Assembly (NCBI GenBank): GCA_910592345.1
Contig: CAJVPI010000272.1
Location: 1 to 37,508, forward strand
Length of the DNA stretch: 37,508 nucleotides
Source: Paraglomus brasilianum
Lineage: Eukaryota
Direction: 5' to 3'
Each line of letters begins with the position of its first letter. Positions within the stretch are counted from its first letter, which is position 1. The notes beneath the pieces are model-generated. The model did not search any database. It saw only the letters and a list, made by a program, of their open reading frames with translations, and was not told the origin of the DNA. Position numbers and translations under genes: made by a program. This document shows, piece after piece, positions 21,300 through 33,847 of the stretch.

Positions 21300-23484
21300 C
21301 CTGTTTGTAATATCTCGATAGGCTAAACATTTCTAATTTTTCAGCCCTTGACAAAAATTTATAAAACTTTGTACTCATGTATGAATACAATCTCTTAATG
21401 AAGATTTTGCGCTTTTGTCGATTGAAATTCCAGGACAAAATCAGCAAAACTCTTTCGTTGACTCTAACAACCTATTTTTAGTAAAGAAAGGTGGAAAAAT
21501 ATTTATAAAGCAAAATATGTGTAAAACGATACTGCAAACAAGTTTGATTAATGCGTAAAATACTACGATTTCATAGCATGATCCGTAGGTATAGGGGCAT
21601 GACCTGCAATGGAGTAATTTCGACTTTTTTGCCGTCTTTTTTATTAAAAATTTCTTCTGGTCTTTTACAGTAATATATTTTAAATTAAAACTTGTATAGA
21701 AAATAACAATTTTTTATTTAGAATTTTTGTATCTTTGAACCTGCTGGAATAATCGATGCATATGAACACGACTTTTTAGAATTTATGACAAGTTGGTTTG
21801 TACTATCTATAGCCTTTACAAAGAGTGGTGATTTAATTGTAATATTTTTTGAAAGAATATCTTCTTCAATATTGCAATTCTCTGATACGTTTATTTTATT
21901 TTTCCTAGGCAAAAACCATATCTAACACATGTATTACGTTCTGGTGGCATCTCAGAGATGTTGATTTTGACCTGGAATTTTGATTATGCATTCTGTTTCA
22001 CAACGTTTAGATTGTTTTGATAGTTTTGGATTTTGTCTTTCTAGTTTTCTCTGTAAATTGGTGGTTATCTCTTTTTAGTAACTAACGTTGTTACATAAAC
22101 TCTTTGACACCAGTACAATCTTTCAATTATGAAAAACGTCGTGTCGAAACTGCAAACAACGTTTACGCCTACGCCCCAAAAACTGTGTCAAATTAATAGA
22201 AAATAATCCATTTTTGGAAATATTGAATAGCAAACAATTATGGTATTGAATTTATTGTTAATAAAGTCTTTAAGTAAAGCAAAATAATTACTGGTGGAAG
22301 TCCTGTATTTATTATTGAAAGTTAGAAAAAAAGCAGTAGTGTATTAACTATTGCTCACGTATTGATCCCTGATTACTCCTAATAATTAGACAATTGGGGT
22401 TTTTTTTTTCAAAACCTACACTTGCTCATTTTTCTACCACTTTTTATTATGACACAAAATATGTGTAAGTGCTGTTTAAACAATGATTTTTCAAACCTTT
22501 CTTTGTGTTGAGTTTTAAACATCTCATTACTGATCTTAACCAAGATTTTCGATTCACGATACCTGCAATGATATTGTCGACGCTAATCCTCAATTGCTAT
22601 TTAACCTCGAGTTATACGTCGATGGGATTAATCCGAGAGCCTATAAGTCAGGTTTAAACTACGTTTATTGACAATTAAATAGCAATCGTATGTGCTAAAC
22701 TAGAACGACTCGATGGACAAGATCGACCCGCTCTTAATAGAGGGACTAATGATTTCTCGCTCTACCAGTACGATTACCAGGGAAATAGAAAATAAATTAT
22801 ACGTTTCAAATGCGACTTATTAGAGTATCAATGAGCTACTCTGTTATTAAATGAGATCTGAGTTATCGAAGAAACTTGATAAAGATTAGCAAAATTTGAG
22901 CACTTTATGGTTTTACCAACTAATTCAGCCGCTCTAGAACAGTTTTTTTGCACGCACTGCGCCACGCCCCCATCTTCGCGATATGGATTAATTTTAGGGC
23001 ATTTGCGGGCACACTAGTTTATTGTACGATGATGGCACATAAATAATCAGAGATAATTAGGCTTGACACAAGTCATATAATATAATCTGCTTGTCCATTT
23101 ATGAGTATAACTTTGGAATACAGCGACAATTATATTCATAAACAATCTCCGGTTAATTATGGTTGTTTGTTTTTACTTGCAGTAATATTTGACTATCAAT
23201 ATTAATCAATAACATAGGTTACATGACAGGTCAGATAAATCAACCTGACTATTCAGCTGTTTACGATTTTACTTATGACAGAAGTGTCGATATTTAACAG
23301 GAGTAGAGTTCGCCAAAGCCTCGATTGAAATAACTATCTCGAGGCTCGTGATTATCCGCGCTCTCGTGGACATTGTTCCGAGTAGATATAAAATATTATC
23401 ATATCGGATGATCGAAAATGTAGTGTTGCCAGTTTGGGATTCCTGTTCTATATAATTTGAGTAAATCCAACCTCTGGTTATGTA

Positions 23485-24314
23485 CGGTGACACCTCTATA
23501 AATGCAACCCCTATAAGTGCAATACCCCTCTAAATGCAACACTTTGTCCGGTCCCAAGCATGGGACTTAGTGAATAAGTGCAACCCGTTTTCTGCAATTG
23601 CAATGGATTTGTGGTCCCGTCCTAATGGATTTATTTCTCTAAGTGCAACTCACGTGATTACCGTAATGTTATTTGTTACAATATAAGCAGTAGTAAGTAG
23701 TAGTACAAAATCTGTTTCGACTTTAGTTTCGCGCGCACAACATTATTTGTTATATATACAGTTTTACGTGTGAGAAAGAATTCTTTGTGAAGCATCGCTA
23801 TTTTCTTTTCAGTATTCGAGTTTGATCCCGCTTTGAAACAGTAGATTATTAGATTTAGTTGTGAAAAGGAAGAATTCTTCAGTGTTTGGGTTAGAAACTG
23901 TTTGTTTTATTTTACAATATTATTTCTTTATTTGGTGGACGATAATGGTAATGAAACCCCAATAGTGAGGCACTAAAAGTTTAGACAACGTAAAGACATA
24001 ATACACGTAGTTTGGAGAAACTCATTCGCGAAAAAAAGAATAAATTTGATGAAACAAAGTAGCATAACACAATTCTTAGTTAACAATTAGAGATATTTAT
24101 AGTCAAACTTTTACGTAAAGTTAGCTAGAAAGTTTTAATAAAGATAAATCTGTAAATCGTTAAAATGTCTTTCCTAATATGGAAATCCTCCATAAATGCA
24201 ACCCCCCATAAATGCAACCCCCCATAAATGCAACCCCCCATAAATGCAACCCTCCCCCATAAATGCAACGCAAGCACTTGGTCCCGAGGTGTTACATTTA
24301 GAGGGGTGTCACTG
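23485..24314. mobile_element. Non-autonomous Tc1/mariner (pogo-like) element, 830 bp
   Basis: TA|CGGTGACACCTCTATAAATGCAAC ... GTTACATTTAGAGGGGTGTCACTG|TG: imperfect TIRs of CAGT-type, TA on the left; many subterminal TAA(A/G)TGCAAC motifs, including 5 tandem CATAAATGCAACCCCCC-type units at ~24191-24270; no transposase ORF. Confidence 0.75.
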
Positions 24315-25160
24315 TGCATTACTGTATTATTACCTCTCTGTTCGACCATGGTATGAGTTTGTTATCACAATCACTTAAATGGTAATCTACAGCAAATAAA
24401 GTAGCAATCGACTTTGTTGACAACTTTCGCTTTCACATGCTTCTTTCTGTATTTGGTAAACAAGAATGATTTGTTAAGCGACTATTGCACTGATGCGTGG
24501 CAAAAGAAAAATTCATATCGCTTACCACGTTAGACGAATACAAATTTGTACAAGATTCTCTGTCGTATACTGCCTCAGAAAGCATAGATAGAAGATCTCT
24601 CAATCTGGCGGGTAATTAAGCGAGGGCAGCAAATCAAATATATGTATAATAAAATCTTAATCAGGTGTACTACAAAATGTGTAGGTGGTACATGTCTGAT
24701 CAAATATAAGTAGAAAGCAACAATTAAGTGAAAGTTTTCGCTTAACGAAGAGGCTTGTGCTAATGAATGAAAGTGTAAATTGGTCATTTATTGGCTAGAG
24801 TGCGAATTGGCTAGAAAACACCAAATTGAGGATATTACATATTATTTTAATTAGTTTTTTTATCTCTTAAGTGGTTACTATTTGAGTGCTTGAGACCCGA
24901 ACTAATAATAGTCAATTGATAAGTCATTATTATATCACCCATAAAAGTTATTACCATGCCGACCGTGTGCGTGAGAAAAAAAAATATATATATAAGCTCC
25001 ACTGTTTTCAATTTACAGTAAAAATTTACGTCAATAACCTTTCTCAATGCTATTCCAAAAAAGGGCCATAATACGTCATTTTACTAAGAAACCTGGTTGC
25101 ATATTACACATAATAATAAATAGAAGCGCTTTTGGAACCGATCACATTCTCTCACGTAAC

Positions 25161-26673
25161 ATGTCCACAAACTTTTACGCTCAGCATTCAAAGAATTTTT
25201 TGCAGCTATTCGAAAGTGACAAAAACTTTGACCTCATTTTATATGCAGGTTGTGAACAAGATAGAAAAGAATTCAAAGTACATACTCAAATACTGTGCGC
25301 TCAATCAACATATTTTCAAGCTGCATTATCAAAAAAATGGCTCAAAAAGAAGGGTGATTGTTATGTTTTTGAAAAAGCCAACGTCGAAGCCGATGTGTTT
25401 GAAATCATTCTAAGGTAAATGCAATGTCTTTTGAACAAAGCATCTTCGTTCGATATATATGTACTCAACACATTCAATTTAATATGCTATTCGTTATAGG
25501 TATCTGTATACGGGAGAAGTGAATATAGACAAGTGTGATGGATCTCAGATTCTCAAATTGTTGGTTGCAACGGACGAGCTGGATTTGGGTGATCTCCTTC
25601 AATTTGCGCAAATTTATCTTATTAAATCAAGAGAATCGTTCATAATTGAACAACCAGTCCGAGTGCTGGAATCAATTTTCCGACTTGAATCGTGCAAAAC
25701 GCTTAGACTCTTTTGCCTTGATGAAATTTGCAAGAACTATACGTATCTGTTCGACTCGGACGATTATTTGACATTGGAAAAAGACATATTCGCTCAGATA
25801 TTGCAACAGGATAAATTACATATAAAAGAAGTTGAATTATGGAAATGTGTTTTGAAATGGGGCGCGAGCAGACATCCTGAATTAAAACCTTCCCCAACAG
25901 AATGGTCGACAGATGATGTGAATCAAATGAAGAAGACACTAGCCGGTCTGATTGAGCACATTCGATTTTTTGCAATATCCGCAGGAGAATATTATGACGA
26001 AGTTAGGCCATACAGAAAGCTATTCTCTAAAAAATTAAGAGAAGAAATGTTGCAATTTATTATGTTGCCATCCAGAAAACCGAACGATATTATGACAAAA
26101 GCTAGAGGCAAACCGTTAAATTCGAGATTAGTTGGTTATTCTGTCATGGCTCTTATTGCTGGATGGATTGATTCAAGGAATACCGCCTATGACGAGATTC
26201 CCTATGAGTTTACACTTATCTATCGGGCAAGTCGTGATGGATTTGATGACCAAAAATTTCGCAACATGTGCTCCTCCAAAGGCCCAACTGTTGTCATTGC
26301 CAAAGTTACGAATAATCCAAATATATTCGGCGGCTATAATCCTTCACATTGGCCTAATTATAATTCAGTTGGCTCTCAATCTTATAGCAATACAGATAAT
26401 AGTTTCATTTTTGAGATGTCTGATGGAAAGTCGACCGCAGGAGCACGCATTGGTAGGCTCGTTTCTGGAAATAGACATGGATACTATAACAACTACCCCG
26501 ATATGCGATATTGCCACAGTCATGGTCCATCTTTTGGTAGCGGTTTTTGTATTCGCGGACGCGCATTGAGTTCAGATACTTCAGCGAATAATTATTATCG
26601 GTATGGAATTGGATACAGTATTGCAAATGGAACTCTTGAGGAATACGAAGTTTTTACAGTAAAAAGAGGTTAA
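25161..26673 (+). CDS. BTB/POZ-BACK-TLDc protein A, join(25161..25414,25500..26673), 475 aa
   Basis: BTB: FDLILYAG...EFKVHTQILCAQSTYFQAALSKKW...FEIILR/YLYTGEV; 85-nt GT-AG intron 25415-25499 restores the frame. BACK: LHIKEVELWKCVLKWG, IRFFAIS. TLDc: LIYRASRDGF, GPTVVIAKV, IFGGYNP, GPSFG, EEYEVF. Confidence 0.93.
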
Positions 26674-28289
26674 ATAAATTCATTGGTTAAAGGTTTCTCT
26701 ACATTTTATCTTATCTCATGGACACTGAGCGAATGCGGGATAGGCAAACGAAAAAATCGGCGAGAAAACCAGATAAAACATGACATTATATGAAAAATAT
26801 CATGCTAAAATAATAAAACGTAATTTTTGATTTAAGGCCGTGCATCAATGTTTACCGCTCTAATTAAATTTTGTTCTAAACACAATTGAAGCATTTTTGA
26901 TCCTGTAACTATTTCTAATAGGTGTAATACTATTTCTGGTTTATATTGAAGACGTTTCTGGTTGCATAAACGTGTAGATAAAAACTATTTAAAATACAGT
27001 CGCATTCTGAGTCCCAGATATAATGGTATCGCTTCCATGGATGCAAATAGCAATGTCAGTTTACTTATAAGCATTAACGGAATAGTTTATGAAGTTCCCG
27101 ACAGCGACTACGAACTCATATACTGTCACAAAGTAGCCCAAAATTGAGAAAGGTCTCTAAAATTTTTTCTTATCAGGGGTTTTGAATTATGTACCCTTAT
27201 TTTCTACTACCTATATTTACAATATTCACTATTTTATGTAATATACCATTATCATTTACAAAATAAACCTTTTTTTTTTGTTTCAATTGATTACATCCAA
27301 TATTAGAAGAGTTCACACGCCAAGTATTCTTACAACTAACACGAGCTTTATGGCATCGATTGTCACACTTTTCCACAAGCGATCATCAGTGCATGTACCA
27401 CACATTATCCGTCGACCGCTGCTCAATGCAACCCCCACTGCGCTTTGAGCTCTTACTGTCTTTCTCAATGTTACTTGTTGCTGTGGTATATTACCCAGCT
27501 CAGGAAACTCAGCTGCTCATCCACCCTTCTTGTTGATATGCCATTCACAAGAACACCTTCTACGAGGCCTTGAGTAGTCGTTCACTTACGACTTCACCTA
27601 GCATTGTCATTCTGGCAGATCATGTCATTACCTCCACAAGTAACATAGAGCACATCCTAACCGATATGTGGAATTAGAACAGCTATAGATTCAACTGAAA
27701 GTCCGATTTTTCTTTCGAGAAAGCCGGTCCGAATATTCGTTTCCCTTAGATAGTAGGCTGTAAAGATGTTTCATTAAAAGTTAGACAACGATGATATGGA
27801 TATTGTTAGTGGGATTTATATATAACGGCTTTATATCATACCATAGCTTTAACTATATTTATAGGGGATGTTTATTCACAACTTCGTGTAATCACAGAAG
27901 TTACAGAAACATTTAAGGATTGTGGGGAGGTGAACTATACGGTATTAATAAGAAAGTAAACATAGTTTATGCTTGGTTGTTATTGTTACAGTCGTCTTAT
28001 TACATAACTCATAACGTTTATGACAATCCGCTCTCATCAGCTTGTAGGTCTTGCCAAATAAAGTGGATTATTGTTTGATAAATTATACATGTCATATTAA
28101 GATTGTAAAAACGATAGTATAAATAGACGATTACTCTGAAAATGTCTGTTAATCACTAACAATTGTATCTCCACTATGGTAAATTCTCCTCTATATCGTG
28201 ATTGCTAATTTTAGCAACTTCGATTCCAAATCTGATGGGAGATGACGGTATTTATGTGTATCTACATATTTGGTATAAATGACAGCTAA

Positions 28290-28628
28290 ACTCCACTGTT
28301 TTCAATTTACAGTTTGAAAAACACGGAAAAAACATAAAAAAAAACGGTACAAAAGCCAACCGGGTCAAAAAACGCAGGCCTGGTGGATATAACCCACTTT
28401 CATGGGGTTCCAAAACTGGTTGGGTTAACACTAAAGAAAGTTTTATATTTACATTAGATAAAAACATGGCTTGGATTTTTTTTAAATATTTTTCATTGAT
28501 TCGTGCTGGTGTTGCTGATTGAACAGCTTTCTTTGAACAGTCATCGGTAACTAAAACTTTTGCGGAATTATCCGGGTTGTAAGCGGTGTGGCAGTAAAGA
28601 CTCCACTGTTTTCAATTTACAGTTTGAA
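28290..28628 (+). repeat. Perfect 29-bp direct repeat flanking a 281-bp insert upstream of BTB gene B
   Basis: ACTCCACTGTTTTCAATTTACAGTTTGAA at 28290-28318 and 28600-28628; only one copy upstream of gene A (24997-25019). Confidence 0.85.
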
Positions 28629-28750
28629 TATCCTGTCACAGCTTTCTCATTACTATTCCAAAAGGAGTAAGAATAGAGTCATCATACTGCGGTTGCATAT
28701 TATACATAAGTAGGAGCACTTTTGGAAAACCGATCACATTCTCACGTACA

Positions 28751-30208
28751 ATGTCTACCAACTTTTATACTCAACATTCAAAGAATTTTTCGCAACTACT
28801 CGAACATGGCAAAAACTTTGACCTCATTTTATATGCAGGTGACAAACAAGACAGAAAAGAATTCAAAGTCCATACTCAAATACTGTGTGCTCAATCAACA
28901 TATTTTCAAGCTGCACTATCAAAAAAATGGCTCAAAAAGAAGGGTGATCGTTATGTTTTTGAAAAAGCAAACGTCGAAGCCGATGTGTTTGAAATCATTC
29001 TAAGGTAAAGTGCGTTAAACAAACCATTTCTGTTCATTGTATACTATGCTCATTGTCATATGTTATGACGTTATAGATATCTGTATACGGGAGAAGTGGA
29101 TATAAAAAAGTATGATGGATCTCAGATTCTCAAATTGTTGCTTGCAACGGACGAGCTGGATTTGGGTGATCTCCTTCAATTTGCGCAAAATTATCTTATT
29201 AAATCAAGAGAATCGTTCATAATTGAACAACCAGTCCGAGTGCTGGAATCAATTTTCCGACTTGAATCGTGCGAAACGCTTAGACTCTTTTGCCTTAATG
29301 AAATTTGCAAAAACTGTACACATCTGTTCGGCTCTAACGATTATTTGACATTGGAAGAAGACATATTTGCTCAGATATTGGAGCAAGACAAATTGCATAT
29401 AAAAGAAGTTGAATTATGGAAATGTGTTATGAAATGGGGCACGAGCAGACATCCAGGGCTGAAAACCTCCCCGACTGAATGGTCGAAAGATGATGTGAAT
29501 CAAATGAAGAAAACGCTGGCCACTCTTATTGGACACATTCGGTTTTTTGCAATGCCTGCAGACGAATATTATGACGAAGTTAGGCCATACAAAAAATTGT
29601 TTTCTAAAAAACTAAGGGAAGAAATGTTGCAATTTATCATGCTACCATCCAGAAAACCGAACGATATTATGGCAAAAACTAGAGGCAAACCGTTAAATTC
29701 GAGATTGGTTGGTTATTCTGTCATGGCTCTTGTTGCTGGTTGGATCGATTCAATGAATACTGCCTATGACGAGATCCCCTATGAGTTTACACTTATCTAT
29801 CGGGCAAGTCGTGATGGATTTGATAATCAAAAATTTCTCAAAATGTGCTCCTCCAAAGGCCCAACTGTTGTCATTGCCAAAGTTACGAATAATCCAAGTA
29901 TATTCGGCGGTTATAATCCTTCACATTGGAATTCAACTGGCTCCCAATATTACAGCTCTGCAGATAACAGTTTCATTTTTGAGATGTCTGACGGAAAATC
30001 AACCGCAGGAGCACGCATTGGCAGATGCGTTTCCTTCGGTGGTTGGAGTTACAACGGTTATGGTCCGTTTTTTGGTAGCAACTTTTATATAAATCAACAA
30101 ACATGGAGTTCAAATATATCAGGATGTAACCGCTATGGAATTGCATGCAGTGTTACAAGTGGCACTCTTGAGGAATACGAAGTATTTACAGTAAAAAGAC
30201 AAGGTTAA
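28751..30208 (+). CDS. BTB/POZ-BACK-TLDc protein B, join(28751..29004,29077..30208), 461 aa
   Basis: Tandem paralog of gene A with the same intron position (72-nt GT-AG intron 29005-29076) and the same domain motifs. Confidence 0.93.
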
Positions 30209-30681
30209 ATAAATAAAGCGATTAAACGCTACTTTATTCTTGAGTTTCTCTGCAGTAAGTCATGGGCACTGAGCAAATTCGGGGGAATCAAACAAAGAAA
30301 TTGCGGGAAACCCATATTATACATGAGATTAGCAGACTTTATATGAAAGAGATCGGGCTGATTATATAGTGGCTTTAATCTTTGCTTTTAAGACTATGCG
30401 TCAATGTTCACCATTAATTAGACTTTTACAGAACAAATTGATGAGGCACTGTAAATGCGCAGAAATGTATGGAAGCACCGAAGTAACTATTGCTAGTGCG
30501 TTAAAAGACTTAGAGACGTACGCCATTTGTGTTACAAGTAGAGGACAGATGAACTGTAGAGAAAAAGCCAAATAAACAAATGGCTATAACCAATATTTGA
30601 ATTCTTTGTAAGGGTGATACCATTTCCGATAATTAATTATACGCTAACTATAATAATGAGTTACATAGCTTAATGTAATCA

Positions 30682-30960
30682 GCCGTGCGCGTGAGAAAAA
30701 ATTTGTTGTCAATAACTTTCTCAACTATTCCAAAAAAGAGCCATTGTACTGCACAAACATGGTTGCATATTACAAATAAGTAGAAGAACGAATCACATTC
30801 TCATGCGCAGCATGTCCAAAAAATTTTATACTCAGCATATTTAACTGTTAATGTCTTATAGATGTCCGAAGAAGTGGATTTTGACGGATCTAAAATCCTT
30901 AATATTAATATTAATTGCTGATTGCAACGGACGGGCTTGGGTGATCTACTTCAATTTATC
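30682..30960 (+). pseudogene. Heavily deleted third BTB-BACK-TLDc copy
   Basis: Upstream blocks CCGTGCGCGTGAGAAAAAA, CTATTCCAAAA, GGTTGCATATTA, ATCACATTCTC; ATG at 30812 (MSKKFYTQH); jumps to the intron end (TTATAG) and fragments GGATCT...TTGCAACGGACG...TTGGGTGATCTACTTCAATTT. Confidence 0.8.
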
Positions 30961-31403
30961 AAGCTACGATATAAACGGTGACGTATTCTCTCTCCTATCG
31001 GTGGTAACACCAGAGCAGCTGCGGAATTTGCATCATCATCGCTGCGGCATAGAAAAGTAAATTGGTCGTATGCCAGTTGGGAATTTATGTCAGATTGGAA
31101 TGTACGAATACAGTTCGTCCCATCTTGTTCTATCGCCATGCTAAGCCATCACACCAGTACTGTATAAGTTAGATATGTCTATTGATGGATATCTACTTGT
31201 ATTTTATGTATTCAATCATGTCGTAGAGAATGTGTACATTTTATTTGTGCGACATAAACTAAATCATTCTATTCAAACGGCATTTACATCGACAACGGAT
31301 ACACTGAACTTTCAAAATAACATCTAATTTGACCAAGCTTTGAGCTGAAGCAGCTTTATATAATGTTACATTTAGGGGTGGACCAACTGCACATAATTTG
31401 ATG

Positions 31404-31569
31404 GGGAGGCAATCATTTCGTCGACAATCATTTCACCGACAAATCTTGACCAACATTATTTCGAAGTTATCCTTTTTTTGAGTTTTGCGTTCTTTATTTG
31501 TTTACAATCCTTTTTTGGTAGTTAATTGTCGGTGAAATGATTGTCGATGAAATGAAATAATACGGACCC
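31404..31569. mobile_element. Mutator-like MITE, copy 2 (166 bp), opposite orientation to copy 1
   Basis: Ends GGGAGGCA...CGGACCC; inverted arms TCGACAATCATTTCACCGACAA / TTGTCGGTGAAATGATTGTCGA; perfect 9-bp TSD AATTTGATG (31395-31403, 31570-31578). Confidence 0.88.
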
Positions 31570-31878
31570 AATTTGATGTACAGTATCACAAATAGGCTTT
31601 CATATCGATAAACGTTTGGGCTCATTTTAATATTATTGTATCAGGAAATTGACAATTGAAGGCATATTTGCTCAACAGCTCGATGCGCTTGTCGCAAAGT
31701 TCCAGTCATTTGTAACCACGTGTAATTGTTACGTAATATGAAGACGTAATACAAGTAGTAATACCACAAGTTACTATATAAATTTACAGACGTTAAATAA
31801 CATATATTTATAACAAAAACCTAGTTGTTTATATGCAAGTAGGGTTGATATCGTAATGTCAATAAAATACTTTTATAA

Positions 31879-31982
31879 TGTTGTTACCTGATTGTCTTTA
31901 CTATTCCAATCTGACACATGTCCATTCTGAACTGACATATGTCCATTCTGAATTGACATAAACTCCAAACTGACATACAACA
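31879..31982 (+). mobile_element. Short TGTTG...CAACA element (family B) with GACATATGTCCATTC units
   Basis: Starts TGTTGT, ends TACAACA; homologous to 1-108; no TSD seen. Confidence 0.6.
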
Positions 31983-32134
31983 AGGAAGCTTTCCGCATCT
32001 GCATACAGCGAGAGGCTACAAGGACGGTTTGCATATGCTTTGGTTTCCATGACTTGACCAATTAAATCTCGGAATTGATTTAAAAAATTTTTTTTGCGGT
32101 CCGTAACTTGATGTAAAGATACTTCTAAGTGTTA

Positions 32135-32815
32135 ACTTACCAGCAATTATGTCTTCAAAAATATGCAGACTCTCGGTAATGCTTTAATACCACTTGCTCC
32201 GGCTTTTAAGGTTTTTGTGTTTCTTGGTTTTTGTACTGCTGAAAAGTTACCGGTTTCTCAAATTTATGTAGAAATTTTAATTTATGGGACGCTACTCTCA
32301 AATCATTTTTTGGTTCTATGGGCGATCTTCTACTCACATGTTTTGCCAAGAGATTTTTCATTTGCTAATATAGAAACTCATTCCCAAATATCTTTGATCT
32401 CAAGCCGAAGAGTGCATAAACCCAACATTTGATGACAAATCGCTCCAAATTCAAATGGAGTCCGCATGTTGATATGTATGCGGTGACACTCAAATGGTAC
32501 GTGAGAAAAGCATTGTGCATGTTTGTGCATAGTAATAGGTCCACTGAAACCGTCTTATCAGTTCGTGGTCCGACAATTATAACCGATCTGGGAGTTATGG
32601 TTAAGGTTAGAAAAATTGGATTCTCGAGTTTGCGCGAGTAATGAGAAAAGAATACATTGCGCATCTTGATTTTAACCCTCCCCAAATTTTGATGATGTCT
32701 CAAATGAAGCAATTTCCACACCTTGATCTGCATATCAGCAAGGCTTTGTGCAGAAGTTTCACTTGATGCATCTACGAGTTGATCCTCATGTACAGTATAT
32801 CTTTGTGGCATGCGT
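32135..32815 (-). pseudogene. Possible decayed gene, family not recognised
   Basis: Minus-strand frames give LSDHELIRRFQWTYYYAQT and AQCFSHVPFECHRIHINMRTPFEFGAICHQMLGLCTLRLEIKDIWE*VSILANEKSLGK, with scattered stops. Confidence 0.3.
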
Positions 32816-33847
32816 GAGAAAATTATTATGCAAACTTTGATGTGTATCCGCAGTTCATACAAACTTCTATAAATGGCAGGTATAATAGAGACAGTGCTTA
32901 TTTGATAATCTGTGCATCAAGCATTTTGCACTAGCCATTGTGTGACGGATGAAAAAAAATTTTCCCAAGCATCCAGATAATCTTACGACCTCTCGATTGG
33001 ACGACTGGTAACAAGTCACTGGATTCATTCATTATGGAGTCATGGAATAATAGTAAGCATGAATATGATGATGTCTATATACAATGGATAGAGTATTCTC
33101 TATTGACAGACGGACATCGTTATGCCAAGAGATCTAGCGATTGTATTGATTGCGTAAATCTAATTGAAGGAAATACGAGGTCTATTTATTCACAAAATTG
33201 ACTACACGAACAATTAACGAGTATCGTCGTCTAGGAGTGTCGTCGTCGGTTAGCAACCGACATAGTGAGACCGGTATATAGCGTAGGACTTTAAAGTATG
33301 CGAGCTGCTTTTTTCTCCACTTCATGCATCTCACAGATTGCCTTTACTTCAATTTAGGACGTTTAAACATTTATCACCACTTTAAAATTGCATAGAAATG
33401 CAATGTTCGTGGCGTTACTAGGATGAGCGATTTTTTGGTGCCAGTTGGCTTTGCATATTTACAGCTATTCTCTATGTACTGTTCGCTTGCACGCACGGAG
33501 AAAATGCAGGGGGTGCATCAAAACTCATCAGCCGTCGGTCCGCTTTAATTTTAAAGAGAATCGATAATTACTATTGGCAAAGCCCCGCTCAGAAGAAGTA
33601 TTGTATTGGAGACAGTTGTACGCCACAAACGAAAAACTAGCTATATTTTGCATGAACTCTACATGAGTGAATCATACAAAGGCCGCGCTCAGGTTTTGGG
33701 ACGTGTGCCTTCGTTTCTAGATATTTTCTATAAAATCCCGCAATTTTTCCATGAATACTCTAGCTCCAGCTTCAACGACTTATCGAATCTTTCTCTACAT
33801 TATCACCTCTGCAAACTACAACTTTTTGTTCTAAAGATTTTAACACC

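Noticed and set aside
21718..22180. Possible gene or transposase fragment on the minus strand
   Set aside because: Short, stop-ridden, no recognisable motif.
24125..24349. ORF with repeated LHLWG motifs
   Set aside because: Translation of the transposon subterminal tandem repeat.
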